Source of the DNA: Raillietiella orientalis
Lineage: Eukaryota
Direction: 5' to 3'
Length of the DNA: 64,000 nucleotides
NCBI GenBank assembly: GCA_036172245.1
Contig: JAYWIR010000009.1
Coordinates: 4,588,001 to 4,652,000 of the forward strand
Positions 27,101 to 41,540 of this stretch are shown piece by piece. A model generated the notes under the pieces. That model worked only from the letters and a program-made list of their open reading frames with translations. It had not been told where the DNA came from and searched no databases. Each line of letters begins with the position of its first letter. Position 1 is the first letter of the stretch. The position numbers and the translations under genes are program-made.

Positions 27101-30100
27101 CTCTACTCTGGTTCCATTTGCGCATTGCACGAATCTCCTCCAAACTTCTTCTTCCCCTTTTGGCTTCAGACTGCATGGGTGTCGTGTTCTGTTTCAGAGG
27201 GAAAGGGTCGCTGCCCCACTTTGCAGGACAGGACCTATTCACTCGAAAAGTCAAACAGGGGCCAACCGCAACATGCCGATTGTTGAGTGAACTGCGCGCC
27301 CACAGGGAGGCGCCCGTTTCAAGTTCCCAATTTGATTCTTGGCCCCAATACCGCAAAAGTAGGTTCCCCAACGAGTCGATCTCATGTGATTGTTATTGCC
27401 TTCATCTAATTGCTGTTCCTGATCAGGATCCGGGAACGACAAGGCCCGGAGAGAGGATGGGGAGGATCAGTGCAGTGAAGGTGTTTCGAGGAGGAGAGTC
27501 CGATAGCACCAGAGTACGCTTTCAAGGAAGGCCTCGTGCTTTATGGAGAAAAGAATGATTTTGTTTATTTTGCCACACTCCCCCACGTTTCTAAATTGCT
27601 TCTAAGTCGCAACTCTGGGCTCCGCCTTGGTGTGAGTGCGAGAGTTGGGTGTGCATGTTGACCTTCCGACTCATCTGAGTCATGACGCGCGAACCTAAGG
27701 CTCCGGTGACCTCACAAAGCCGCGAACGCGGAGCCACCTGCTCCCGGAAAGCCAGCAGCTGGGAGAGAAACCAATATTCCTCTCCGTTTGGCTGTGGTCT
27801 GATTCCCTGGTTCGGGCAAGCGGAGAGGGACTTTGCAATCTCTCTTTTCGCGCCGTCTTCAGCATTTTTCCGAAATCCGAACTTCGAATCTCGCGAGCTG
27901 TTTTGATGCACCCTTTCAGTACTTTTTGGCTCCCGGAGCCGCGTTTTCCGCGAGCGAACCTCGGCATCTCTCGTCTCCGATGAGGAATTACGAGCTTGGA
28001 CTTGACACCAACGCAAGGGAGAGATGCTCGGGTTAAGATCGACAGGGATTATCCCGAGAAGAAATTTTCCGGGTTCATTCAGCTATTTTGCATTGCACGA
28101 TTGGTTGCACTCCTCTAATAGAAGGGGAAAAGGAAACTTCCTTCTTCGTTTAGCGCAAGGCGAGAGAGAGAGAAAAGGTAAAACATTTCTTAAAAAGTCT
28201 TCCAAAATGTTGTGTTGAGGCGAACTTCGGCGCAACGAACTGCTTCTGAAGATTCTCATCTTCAGCTGACGCGAAGGTGGTTTCCAGGTGACGCTATCGA
28301 TCTGACAAGCAACGGAAACAGCATTTTCCATACGACACAGACTTATCGGTAAACGCATTTATTCCAAGTCCTTTTCAAAAGCAAAAGAGGAGGGAGGGGT
28401 GGGGCGGGGGGGGAGGGGAAGAGTGAACTCTGGAATCCTAGAAACGCGTTCCTTCCGCCGACGCGAGATTCCCAGCTTGGAGATTCTCATCCGGAGGATA
28501 CTGGAGCGAACGTAACATTGCGGGCGCGAAATAAACAACAACAGCTCGTGACCGGAAGAAGAAAAGAACATCCTCATTGCACTGCAAAGCAGCAGGCGGT
28601 GCCTCCGAACGAGCTACCAGCAGCTCACTCCGAGGCGATGTTTCTTAAATCCGAACGGGATTCCCATAAAACACTCAATCACCTGGTTTTCGAACATTCC
28701 AGCCGCCTCGCTGCAAAGGAAAACTCTTGCTTTCTCTATTTCTTTTTGCGAGCACAGCCACTGCAGTGGGACAAAAAAAAAAAAAAAAAAAAAACATGCC
28801 AAACGACTGCTCCCTTTTTTTTCCTTTCTTTTTTATGAACACCTTTCGTTTGAGTTTTTTCATAAAAACGACATCTAGATCAGTTCAGGTTTTACGAGCG
28901 AAAGAATCTTTTTTTGTTTGCCTATTGAGAACTTGCATTCCTTCGAGACAAAAGTCTTCCAGATGGCGGTAGGTGAAATGTGCTCGGGAAAATGGGTCTT
29001 TCAGGTTGCCACGACGAGCACTTGCTACGAGTGGCGAAAGCCCGGCGGTCACGAGGTGCTCCTTTCAGGTGAAGCCTCCGCCATCCCTGCATCCAGAAGT
29101 TGTCCTCCTCGTATGGCGTGCGCTCGAAAGGAGTTCGCCGGGAGGGGGGCGGAACGCTCCGGGTCGGAAAATCCACTTTCGGGATAGCCACTCCGTCGCC
29201 GGGGTGGATGGACGCGCGTCTGGATGGCTCTTCGAGCGCCTTATGAGCGAACTGTGATTTGAGAGAGTGGCCCCGACTTCCAGAAAAACCTCGTGCTCCG
29301 CATCACCATCATTCCGAGTCGCCTACTTTTTTCCGGAGGGAAGGAGGGGGCGCGACAGTTATTTAGGCAGACGATGCTCACCGTGCTTTCCTTTCCGTTC
29401 TGGTTTCCCTCGGGTTTCTTTCTTCAAGCATTTCCGATGACAGGAAATCGAACGATTCAACAGCCATCGGATTTTTCTGTGTCTCTTTGCCTAGCTTTCA
29501 CTCGGAGCGACGGGAGCAGTTGGTATGCAGGAGGGAAAACGCAGCTCGGCTGTTCCACGCCTGGCATTCGTTGAATCATTACATTGGAATGATGTTTTAA
29601 ATCCCGGTGCACGAAGAATTTGACGATGCCGTGGAAAAGAGCAAAGTGCTTGCCTTTTTTTTTTTTTTTAAATCAGTTTCCGCCTATTGGGAGATGATGT
29701 TCCAACGGCATTCTTATCAAGGACTGCCGAAGCATCGCTTCTCCACACTGGGGAAAAAAAAAAAAAAAAAAAGGGAGGAAAAGAAAAAAAAAATCCGTGA
29801 GTTCGAAAAAAAAAAAGAAAAAAAGAAAAAAATGCGCTGAAAATTCTCGAGCGCATTCCGAATTTCCGTCACCAACAAATCACGGCATGTGCTAACTTAT
29901 CCCACGGATCGGCGGCATCTCCTTTCGAACGCAGAGACATTCCTCGACAAGAACCCGCGCCTGCTTGCTAGAAATATTCCCCGCATAAACGAAAAGCGGT
30001 CGCTGACGAGGCACCACACACTCCGAGAGAACCCGAAACCAAGATGCCGAGGCTGTGAACTGACATCACCTGTTGCCTGGCTCCATATCGGGACGGTTCT

Positions 30101-33100
30101 CCATACATGAAGGAAAGAAGAAAAAAAAAGAACAATGTGCTGCTTCTCTGCCCCACGATTCCCCCTCCCCCCTTTGTTTTTCCCGACAACCACCATCCGC
30201 GTCTGCAGTTCCACAGTCCCTTTTAGGAAAAGAAGAAGAAGAAGAAAAAAAAATGCCGAGTTCCCAAAACGGCAACCTGGATGGACGAAAATCGCATTCG
30301 CCTGCAACACAAGTTTTCTTCCCATGCATTGGGAACTCAGCAGGCCACTCGCAGACGACACAAAGGAGACAACGCGAAGCGGCTGCTGCGCGGCGATTCA
30401 TCCTAGGTCGGCAGCAGCAAACCGGATGTGAAAATGTGAAGGCGAACGGGTGGGATGACCGAGTGCTGCGTTCTGGAGTCAAGTCAAAGACTGCGCGGCT
30501 TTCGCACGCGTGAGGGGACCGTTTCCCAAGGCAAAACACATGCAAGCGGACGAACCACTCGAGCTCTCTCACGGGTCACCAAGGTGAACTTGCAAGGCAG
30601 TTGCAAGCACTTTGCGGATTCTGACGAACGAGTTTCCTGGTGATCCGGATTTCCTCGGTTCTAGGCCAAAAAAAGGAAAGATGGCAAGGCGAGCTCTCGA
30701 TACCTCGTCTTCGAGACCCGATCGTCGTCAGCCCTTGCACGAAGTGAATCGAAGAACACAACGCGCTGTTTTTTGGAGACTCTTTGAGGATTTTTTTCCC
30801 GCACACACGCAAGATCCAGTCATCGGCGAAAATTCAGAGCATGATCACAACAAGTGCACGGGCAGCTGCGTAACAAGTAGACCGTACATGGAAGAGAGAC
30901 TTGGTGATAACCTTTTCTTTGGGACAGATGTAAGGAGGTCAGATTCAGAGCGTTTGTGCGTTACAGAGGTAAATTCGTAAGCTCCGTCCGAAAGTCCCCT
31001 TTGCAGAGGATCTCGCACGTAGGACAGGCAGCTGGACACTCTGGAGGTCTGGCAGAAAAGTTGGGTTCCCTTCCCTCTCGTCGACTACTCGGGGGATCGC
31101 GGGAAAGCTGCGAAACGGGCGCGCACACCATTGTGCCAGTGGCGTCGAAAGATTCGGACGCTTTTCGCTGGACCATCCGTCGAACGATATCCGCTTTCGC
31201 GAATCGTGCCAGTCACCCCGGTGGATGCGAGCCAAGTAACCCCATCGGATTGCACAGGGTGGAAGATCCCAAATCAAATAAAGGTGAGCTGCAAGTCGAA
31301 GGACCGAGCGGCACACTCGAGTGTTTGTGCAGCCTCATACATAAAATGAAAATAGGTTCGTGCTAAAAAAAAAAAAAGTCTCCACCCACAACTTGCGAGA
31401 GAGGACATCCAAATTTGTTTGCACTTTCGTAATGATTTTGGCTTTCTTGTTCTCTTGTGTTTCGAGAGGAAAAGTCAAAATCAGGGAAGAAGAAGGGGGG
31501 GGGGGGAGACAGCAATTTTCTAAAACCAGTGCTTCTTCTTTATGCAGATCCTTTGATTCCAGTTTGATTCGCTCCATGAATCGCACGCAAAGGAGGAATA
31601 TTTCTTTTCGTTTGCGCGGCTGGACAAGAGGCAGGCGAGTCGGCAAGGACGACCCTCTGAAGGGAAGACTCCAACTCCACTCTTTGCTTTTTAAATCCCT
31701 CTATTCGAGAGAGCCGGCAAAGGATGGCTTTCTCCAAATAACATGAAAATGGCCCACATATCCGTAACCACGAGGATGCGGAGGATGAAAAAGCTGTGCA
31801 ACCAATTATTATACGTCTTCACAACGGAATGTACGGAATACTCAACGTGCAACCTTTTGGACGTCTCTTTCCTGACTGCGACTTCCCTTCGGATCCCTGT
31901 CGGCGTCTCATTACTTCGCGTGGAGGGACGGCGAGTGCAAAATTCTTGCGCGCTCCCCCGAATCCAAGGGTGGGGGCCTCTTTCCATGCGGAGTGGTCCA
32001 CGGCTTGGATGCGGTTGAGATGAGAGAGCACGGTGCAAAAATGGGTCTTGCAAGACTGGGCCACGGCTCGCCGAGCAAGCCGCGGAAGCGACGACGGTCC
32101 TCTCTTTCCGATGGTTCTGAACAGCCGAAAACACTACAGATCGGAATGCAAGATGGTCGGTGTCGGGCCGTTCCACGTGTCCTGTGGGAAGGGGAGCAGC
32201 GCCCGCGCCGAGCGTCCTCTCGAAAACCCAGAAAAGGCTTCCGTTCCGATTCGGCCGCTGCTTTCGAAGTTTGCTGACACGTCGCCGCCATCTGTGGCGA
32301 CGTTGATGGAACAACCGTCCTCGCAACACGGCCATGGGAAGGCAGGGGCGCCAGCAGTGCGCAGTGAGGAGGGGTGGGTGCGAACACACGCAAACACGGA
32401 CAACACCTCGGCGTGGCGCCGTGCTCAGTGGCCTTCCCTGGACGGGCGTCATGTCTGCCAATTCCCTATTTGATCGGAACATTCGTTAAGCAAAGCGGTA
32501 GCGCTACTGCTAACCTTATTCCTGGGGGGGGAGGGCGAGGGGGGGAGGGCGCAATCGCGCAATGCAGTAGTGCAATAGTGTATTGTAAAGGTGCAGATTT
32601 TCCGCATCTCCGAACGTGTTTTCGGACAATTTTTATTTAATGCAAACATATCGCTTCTCCGATGCCTGAAATATTACATTTTGGAAAGATACGGAAAAAA
32701 GAAAAACAAAACAAAAGAACGAAAACAAATAGCTGACGTATCCAGAAATCGTTTTAAAAAGGTAACGTCGGTTTGAAAATGAAAAAATTCATAATCACCA
32801 ATTATCAGGATTGGATGTTGATAATTGTTTTCTTCGGCACAGAAAGCTGACACAAAAAAACTGGTTTTTGATTATTCTGACCTGATAACCTAATAAGAAA
32901 ATTATCTGAACAAAAGACTTTGAGGCGAAAGCTCCGCTGCGATGATTAATTCGATGCGCCGATTCGGAAATCACACAAAACGCATCTTAGGACTCGCCGA
33001 CGGGCCGTGACATCCGTGCTTTGCGATGTGATCCGACCACATCCCTCTCCGTTTATCCTTTTCGAACGGGAGGATTTCACTTTTGGGGATCTGCTGCTCG

Positions 33101-36100
33101 CGAGGAGGATTCCGCTGCTTGATCTCAGCGATCTCAGCCAGAGCGTAATAGCAACGATGATTAGAAATCAATGATATCCAGTGTAATAGGGAATGCTTCA
33201 GCACAGAAGGAAGACTAGGGCCGATTCTTTGCAAGGGAATCCAAAAGACGTTCAAAGTCAGAACTCGCTCGTTAGCATTAGCCCGAAGCTCAAGCTGCAG
33301 ACATGTTCCACAAAAACGAAAATACTTCTCAGGAAAAACACCGATTTCGAAGATATACATTAAAAAAAAGAAAAAAAAAAAAAGGATTACATCGGCGACT
33401 AAGTTTGCGTGTCAAGGATCTTTGCGAACCCACCTGTTGGGTGGGATTTGTTAAGTGGATCGAAGAGGACATGAATGAGGTAATTAAGCGAATCCTTTCC
33501 GTTCACAACGAACATCTGGACCCAGATATTCATTGCTTCATCTCTAAAGTGTCTCCGAACTCTCATTTCTTCCGTTCCCGTTCCTCTTCCCCGATCCTCA
33601 GTCGGAACGAGGATGCGTTCTGCGCGCTCTCATGGCTTGCTGTGAGAAAAAGGCTGTGGGCGCAGGGAAGATGCACCGCTGCATCTGTATCATCCGCGCA
33701 GGTCACAAAGATCCCATCAGTTCGGAAAAGAAAGCACGGACGGAATTTTCCGAAAGACCGAATGAAAGTTGGTCCTCGGAAAAGCAAACTACGCAAGGGA
33801 GAGTAGCAGTTCCCAGAAAGATGCGGAAGGGCACCCGAACAGAGAGATCAGCATTCATAGGTAACTAAATAGGTGTCGTTGTTAGAATTTACAGAATGCT
33901 TGGTGCAAGAATTTGGGGTAATAAACAAAGTTGTGCAGCGACCTGGGCATGAGGTCCACGAGAGATATGATGCTGCCCTCCCGTCTTGCCACTGATAAAT
34001 TGCACAGTAGCTCGGAGCGTTCGGTGCTTTCGTAAAGAAGCCCGGAAAGGAATTCGGATCGAGGATCCTTTTCTGAAGCAGAAGAGGTGGTGGCAGCGTT
34101 CGGGATTTGCAGACGGCAGAGGGAAGGAGGAAGGAAAGAAAAAGGAAAACGTTGGACGATGAGACCGCGACAGCAACATCTTCAGCCTGGCGTGGACGCG
34201 GGAGAACCCGAAACGCATTCGCCCTCCTGGCGACGTTCTGTTCGGAAAGACAGAGTCCGCAAAGTAATCGCTTTTCGCTTATTTGTTTCAGTCGCCTGTT
34301 ACCTACTTAGAGCGAGGTACGTGCACCAAGGTATGTGCACCCCGAGAAGAATTCCGCTGCCCGTAGGTCTCCGTGGAACTTACAGCAGATGACCTTCGCA
34401 TAAGAAACTGCTTCGTCTTTAAGGGATAATAGGGAAAACACACACACACACAAAAAAACCATCGTCAGTTCTTTTCAGTATACCGTTACAGACTTTGGTG
34501 TGTGCTGAGACATTCATTCCGGCTAGGAGCTGCGACCAGTGAGCTGTTCAAACCGCTTGATGAGCTGCGCAGAGGCTGGACGTGCTCCTTCGTTCTCAGT
34601 GTGAAAATCGAGCTGCGTCAGGTCGTCCTTACGCGGCGGCCGAGGACAGCGCCTTGGGATCCCAATCGCCACAGATTCCACCCTGAGATCCCTTTTCCCG
34701 CTCGTTGCACGGATTTCGCTCCCAAACTCTGCTTTCGTCGGTCCGCACGTTCACCCCGGTCGGAAAGAAAAGTGCCCAAAGTCCGAAACAGGAGGCTGAA
34801 GATTTTTGCGTGGCTGATGCCACTCCCTTCAGCATCCCCCCACTTCTCCGCGACCCGAAGAAGAAGCGAATCGGCCAGATTTCACGACGACAAAATTTCA
34901 TCCGCTTTTTTGCCTCAGCACTCTTGCTGGAGTCTTACCTGATCATTTCGGCTCGATTTATTCGATTGATACGAATTGGTCCTTGCCAGTTTCCAAGCAT
35001 CCACATATATCATATAAACAAAAAAGATGCTTTCAGGCTACTCCTTCGTGATTCGTCTGGACTAAAAAAAAGAAAAGAAGAAGGCATGATAGTCGCTGAC
35101 TTGGATGACTTGTAGATAACGGCAAAGTGTGGAAGTCGTCGGTGTGGATGCGAAAATCAGTGCTCTAGGAAACAGGCGAAAAGCAATAAAATTTGGTCGT
35201 CCTTTTGGAATGCTTCCGGGCGTTCCAAATAAGGGAACCTTCTGGATGGGAAATAAAAATGAACAAAAGGAAGCGAATTCGGAATCCAATGACGACCGGG
35301 CGGAGTCTCTGTGGACGTTTGGATATTTGGAATCCCACCTGAATTGGAGCAGCACTGTTTTGCAAGCAACACGCATCTGGGATTCTATGTCGGCACATGC
35401 AAAGATCAAGCTGGGAAGGGCAAAATGAGGACTTGTGTTCCCGTGGAGGACCTTCCCTGCGGCTTCCTTCTTTCCCATTCTGAGCCGCCAGACCACCCAG
35501 CGCCGTCCGCGCTCGCCCCACGCCTCCCTCCTTGTCGGAGGATGCATCTGAAAGTATCCCAACTTCCCAAATGCCATTTTGAAAAAGCTTGGAGCCGATG
35601 CTTTCCGCGCTATCGCTCGTTCCATAGAAGCTGCGATGTGCGAGTGAAGCTGCGCGAGGTCGTTTCGTGGGGGGATAAAATAAATACATAAATCCGCTGC
35701 CATGAAATTCAGCGCTACCGGAATCGACATTCCAGAACAATCCGAATACAAACCGCGGGAGGACGAATTTTCCTCGGGAGACCTATTCATCGGCAGGTCA
35801 AAGTCGTGTCCCACGTCAAGTCTCCGGGCAAGCCGACGAGGGGGCCAGATCAGGGTGTTTGCGAGGGAGGGTCCCTCATCCATGCCGTATGGCTGGAAAA
35901 GCATTCTGATCGTCATCCAAGCCGCATCCGGTGGAAGAGAATGCGCGTTTTCTCCGCATCGAGTTTCTTCTTCCGGCGGCCAGACGCCGTGGGTCCGGCG
36001 CTGCCGCCTGTTGCCTGGCTACGCGTCTCGCAGTCCGCCCCGACGTCGGATTCCGGGAAAGCCATCGCTTGAACTTCCCGATGTGATCCGAGTGCCATCC

Positions 36101-39100
36101 TGCCACCGCCGTTTCTGCCACAGCTCTCGCATCCCCCCATCAAGCGACAGTTTGATTCTAAACAAACACGAAAATTTAGGGTCTGCTGCAAAATATACGT
36201 CGGCTTCCTCTTGGAAAATTGGAGGTCAAGTAACAGTCCGAGCTGGAAAGAACGTGCAGTTTCCCCTGACAGGTTCACTCAGCAGCAACCGCCGCTCCGC
36301 AAATGTGCAGCGCTGACACGTCTTCAATTTCCCCCGTGCTCGCCGTCCACCAGCATCCGATGAAGCCCTCGGCACGAAGCGACGCTCTCGTCCGAACCCT
36401 AGCTGGGGAAGCGACCTGCAATGCTTTTCAACTCCAAAGCTGACGGCCCTCGTCTTAAATTTACTGTTCGACTTCTGTCGAGTGCAAGACTTGCCGCATG
36501 TGACGCTTGTCGATTGCATTACACATTAACCCCTTTCGATGTGTCTCATCTTTCACATCGACCCAGACTGACTGGATCGCGGGTCTTCCAGCATCCTCCT
36601 TATGCCGCCGCACGGCCAAACGGGACGCGAACAACGAAAGCAGGCGTTCCAGAAATCGAACCGGAGTTAGCTCGAAGGATATTTCCTAAAGTCGCAATCT
36701 GTGGAAAGGATGCAGATAGCTCTCTGAGCGAAAGCATCCGTTGGGCAGCGTTCACGCGTCGACAAGCGCTCACTAGGGCAGCCGGATAACCCGGCTGACG
36801 TGTGCTGTTGGTGGCCCAAATCGACGTGTTCTGCATCCCTCGAGTAGGAACTTTCGGAAAGACGCTTTCTCTCGGGAAAACATCGCCGCGTCTTCGTCGA
36901 CAAGGAAGCAAAGCGAGGAGGAGGAGGAGGAGGAGGGCCCAAAGCAAGAAGAGGTGGATCCAATCGCACGGTGCTCGCACGGCCGGAATAAATCGAAACG
37001 CGTCGAATTCGGATGACATGTCACCCCACCCGCCGGTGAGCCTCGCGTGTCGTCGGACCAACGCATATCCGAGCGTCGCATTCCTGTACGCCCTACCTGC
37101 CCCACGTTCGGAAATGGATCGGCCATTCTAGACGGTTCCGAAAGCGGAACTCCGATGGCTGGTGGCGTAGGGCTTGGAGCGGGAAAGCAGCGACGGCGCT
37201 AGGGAGCGAAGTGGCGCGCGGTTCGGTCCGAGAGAACGCTCTCGGAGGTACTCGCGGCGCGTCTCGTGGCGTACGCGCCTTCGAGGGGCGCAACGGACGC
37301 GCCATCAGTGCTGTTTCCGTAACCAGAGTTCAGGTTGGAGGGGGAGGGGGTGAGGAGGAGAAGTTCGAGCTTTCGTGCATGCCAACTTTCGACTTGCTGA
37401 CTTTCTCTGCGGATCCATCGGCTGACACAGCTGACCAGATGACCTTTCTGTATCCGATAGGACAGCACGAGCCGCCCCCATCCAACAGTCTGGCACTCGC
37501 TGGCTTTCCTCTTCGAACGTTGGGAAGAACTCCAAACAGCTGCTGACCACTGAGCAGGCGTTTTTTTTTTTGTTTTTTCGGTCTTCCGTTTAGCCGATTC
37601 CCCAGAAAGGGGACAGGAATCCCCCCTACGGCCGGCTTGTCCCGCAAGGGGCACAGCATCAGGCGAAAGAAGCGGCGATGGATCTCCCTCAGTAGGAATA
37701 GCCTTAGGGGTGAGGCAGAGGATGCTGCGCGGCTCGCTCGTGACTTTTCGGATGTTCCCAGTCCGCTCGTGAGACTCCCCCTCCGTCTCTTCCTCCCTCC
37801 TCGTCTTTCAATGCCTTCCGGCTTTCGGGGGAACCTCTCGTCTTCCCCTGCCATCAGAGTCGCGACGGGTAATGAAGCAAAGCGGGAACGCGACCGCTAA
37901 CGCAGGGACCGGCGGAGGGAAAGGCCAGGGGACAGACCTCCGGCGGCGGGAGCAGCCCTGACCATCCGGAGGCACGGGGGAAGAAGAAGGGAGAGTCGAC
38001 TCGCCGTCAGCTTGCCCCTCCTCCTCCCTATCGCGGAGAACGAGGCAGACTGTGTCCACTCTGTTCCGTCGTCCCGAGCATGCAGGAAGCTCGGCATCTC
38101 CTCCCGGAAGAGGCGCCGGGTCTGACCGCACCTTTCCCCCCCAGCCCCTGGTGACCCGCCTCCTTCGCCTGCGTCTCACTCTTGAGGTCGCGCGCGCGCG
38201 CCCTCTGCTTCCCATCCGCGCTTCTAAGCTTCGTTACTCGTTGGAAGCGGCTTCCCGAGGACAGGGCACCACCCCGCAACCGCCGCCGTATCGCTTGCGC
38301 CTGAGGCGCCCACCCTCTAGTTGGCCTGAGCTCGTGTCGAAAGAGGATTCGGGTTATCGGGAGGTCTTTTATTCCCTGGGGGCCGAGCGCTTCACCTCAT
38401 GGCCGAGGGGTCCGTCTCCTGATACCGCAGTCCGGGATGACGACAGCAGTCCTCGCTGTGCTAGAGAGACCCCCCAAACGAATGGGTTGCACCTCCATTT
38501 ACGCCCGCAGCCGCGGTCCGCATACGGACGATTGGGTTCGGAGGCGTGCGGAACACCGAGGCTGCTTGCACTGTCCGAGGGACTCTTTCACCGGAACGTG
38601 ACGTCATCAGCTCAACGGTACTGGCCGCCGTTTGCTTTCCTCCGCTAAGCTCTTCCCTGTTGATCCCAAGTTGCTTTCTGTCCTCTTGCTGGTTCCTTCC
38701 CTCCTTTTTTTTTGCATCTTCTTTTCCGCGATTTACCGTTCAGATGCTCTCGCAAGTAGAGAGACAAAGGAGCTCACTAGACGGAAAAGTAGGGCTGCAG
38801 CTTCTCTAGATTCCATGAGCGCACGTGCTCATCAGCGGGCATTCGGACGTTCGTTCATGCTCGGTGATCTGCAGAACGAGAGTATCCGTCTAACGACTTA
38901 TTTTCCGGGGAGAGGGAGAGGCATCCCTGTACCTCACCCAGGAAATCAGTCTTTCTCGGATCCATCTGCCACCATGCCGCGCGGATATTACGAGTAGCAA
39001 CATTGTAGCTGCAATGACGACGGGGATTTGCCGAGTTACGAGCAGCAGAAAAACTACCGTAGAACTTTCAGAAAGCAACGCTTCGTGCCCACTCTCCATC

Positions 39101-41226
39101 TCATAGTTCGTGGCGTGGAGACTTTCGGAGCACCACACAATTTCCACCTACGATGTGGTTGTTTCCACTTCATCGACCACGTGCGATGAATTTTTCAGTC
39201 GATGTGCTTCTTCGATGAAGGGAGAGGGAAGGAGGAATTCTCCTCCTCACCGGAAGGGGTTTCCCATGCGGACAGCTACTCATCGGAGCACCAAATTACA
39301 AGTAGAGAGATGAAAGAAAGTAGGGGAGAGATAGGGGGGAAAGGAATTCACTATTACTCGCTCGAGAATAAGCCTGCCCTTTCCACCTAGTGCGCTTCAG
39401 TGACACCAACGTACCTGAACGATCCGAAAACAGATGGCGCAGGCAGCAGCCCGCGGTGGCATCCACGGACGAATGGCGAACGCGTTTTTCGGGAAAGGAA
39501 CGAAAGCTAAAAAGCGACCTTTGCCCGAGAATCCCGAGAAGCTGAGAAAATTGTCGGAATCGTTGCAGGTTCAAATGGCTGCTCGTTCGATCCCTGCAGC
39601 GAGCATTTTGCTTCGAATCCCCGCGCGCACTTTGGGGGCGTTCCCGTTCCCGCTCTTCGTGCGTGGTTTACGCAGAGCGAGAGAACACTAGCAGGGAGAA
39701 TCCAGTGTTTTCGCACTGGATTGTAGAGCATCCGTAGTTTCCAAAAAGCGGCTTCTCCTGTTCATTGATGCAGTTTTCTATTATTATTATTATTTTTTTT
39801 TTTCATCTCATCATTTGGTGTGAGATTCTTGTGCTTCTAACGAGGCCCCCCTTCAGGAACGTTTCAGTCGTTTCGGGAACTGCCTGCCCTCGCGATGGTG
39901 CTTCGTCGTTGATGATCCCTAAGGGAAGAGTCCTCTGTGCTCGCCGTTCACTGTTCCCAAATTCTCGAAGGGGAGGAAGAGGAAAATGAACCTGAAGGGC
40001 ACAGGTTTTAGGGTTTAGATCCGTACAGATCCACTCACTTTTCGCCGTGTTTCGGAGAAGTTTGGACCACTTTCCGGTCGCTGGTTCTCGCGCGTCTCCG
40101 GCTTCCAAGAGTCCAGAGACACGATGGCTTTCAGGTTGCTGCGAAAACTGCGTCCTTTCATACGTGCAAGCTGTCCGAATTCCCTCTCCGTATCAGCTCC
40201 CGGGCGTCCGCGTCGGGAACGCATCTCCCTTCAAACCCGTTGCCAGGGTTCCTGAATTCATCGCTTCGGCGTTTTCTTCCCTTCTCCCTTCCTCTCTAGC
40301 CAGGGGTTGCCAGGGGAAAATGAGGCAGCGGTGCTGCTCTGAGATGAACTCATGGGCGCTTGCTTCTCTTCGGAGATGCTTTCCTCGTTTGGCCCGTGTT
40401 TTCCAGCCTCAAAGGACTGCTAAAGACAAAAGTACCGACTGGTACGTCGCAAAGCCCTCCCGAATCGCCCAAAGGGTCAGCGGCTGTCCAACTGGCTACA
40501 TGGAAAAGCGGCATATGGCACGCTCTCGTGTTTTTTTCTGTTTTCCCGTCAACGGTGCGACTTCCAGGAAGCGAAGGGATCTCATTTCTCTTGCGAAGAA
40601 CACGGCTTTCAAGGCGTGCTGAAGAGTCAGCAAATAACTGCTGCCGATCGTGGACGTGTTTGTTTGTCGTAGGAGTGACTGCCTTGAACAAAACGATTTA
40701 AAATCGACAACGGAGAAGAACTTCAAAGGCACGCACTTGCTTGCAAAAATCTTCCCTCTTGGGATACTTCGGTTCCCACGATCAATAGTTTCCGACAGTT
40801 CAGCAGATTTTGCGGGACGTCCTAACGATGCAATCCGAGTATTAACCTCACCTTAACGCGTCCACAGCGTTGTGGCACGGCGAGGTCCCATAATCATGCT
40901 TTCCTGGGGACTAGGAAAAGTGCCGCTATAAACGGCTGGAAGTGATGAGGGCGCAGAGACGTCTCATGCCGAATTTTAATGGCATCGATGAGAATTGCGT
41001 TCTCGGAGGCTGCGGCAGCGTGATCACAGTACAATCAGCAATCACAGCCAACGCTTCCCTTTTTCCCCAGGAGGATGTGGCACAGATGCCGGATCCTTCG
41101 TTCTTCTGGGAGAGACTTGGCCGTCAGGGAGACGAGCGAACTGAACGAAAAGCTGGATTCTTTGAGGAACATGCGACCACCTCCACCTCGGCAACTTCTT
41201 GTCGATGCAGATGCATTATCTTATCT

Positions 41227-41537
41227 AATTTCCTTCGGAAGATGCCGTCGGTATCCGATATCCGAATCCTAGCATCCATATGAGACCCAGCCGACCGTGG
41301 TCGATTCTTCAAACGATGGTGGCTGCCAGAGGGGACCGTTTCATGCGTTTTATATGTAATCGCTGCGATGGAGAGTACTAGAGAGTACCCAAAGCAATAC
41401 AGGCGGCAAGGTATTCCACTTGGGGATGTCTTGTCCGAAGCTGCGAAGGAGGCGAAGAATCGACCACGGTCGGCTGGGTCTCATATGGATGCTAGGATTC
41501 GGATATCGGATACCGACGGCATCTTCCGAAGGAAATT
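41227..41537. mobile_element. MITE/foldback-like element: perfect 84-bp inverted repeats around a 143-bp spacer
   Basis: 41227-41310 is the exact reverse complement of 41454-41537. No coding capacity and no clear target-site duplication. Confidence 0.7.
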
Positions 41538-41540
41538 TTC

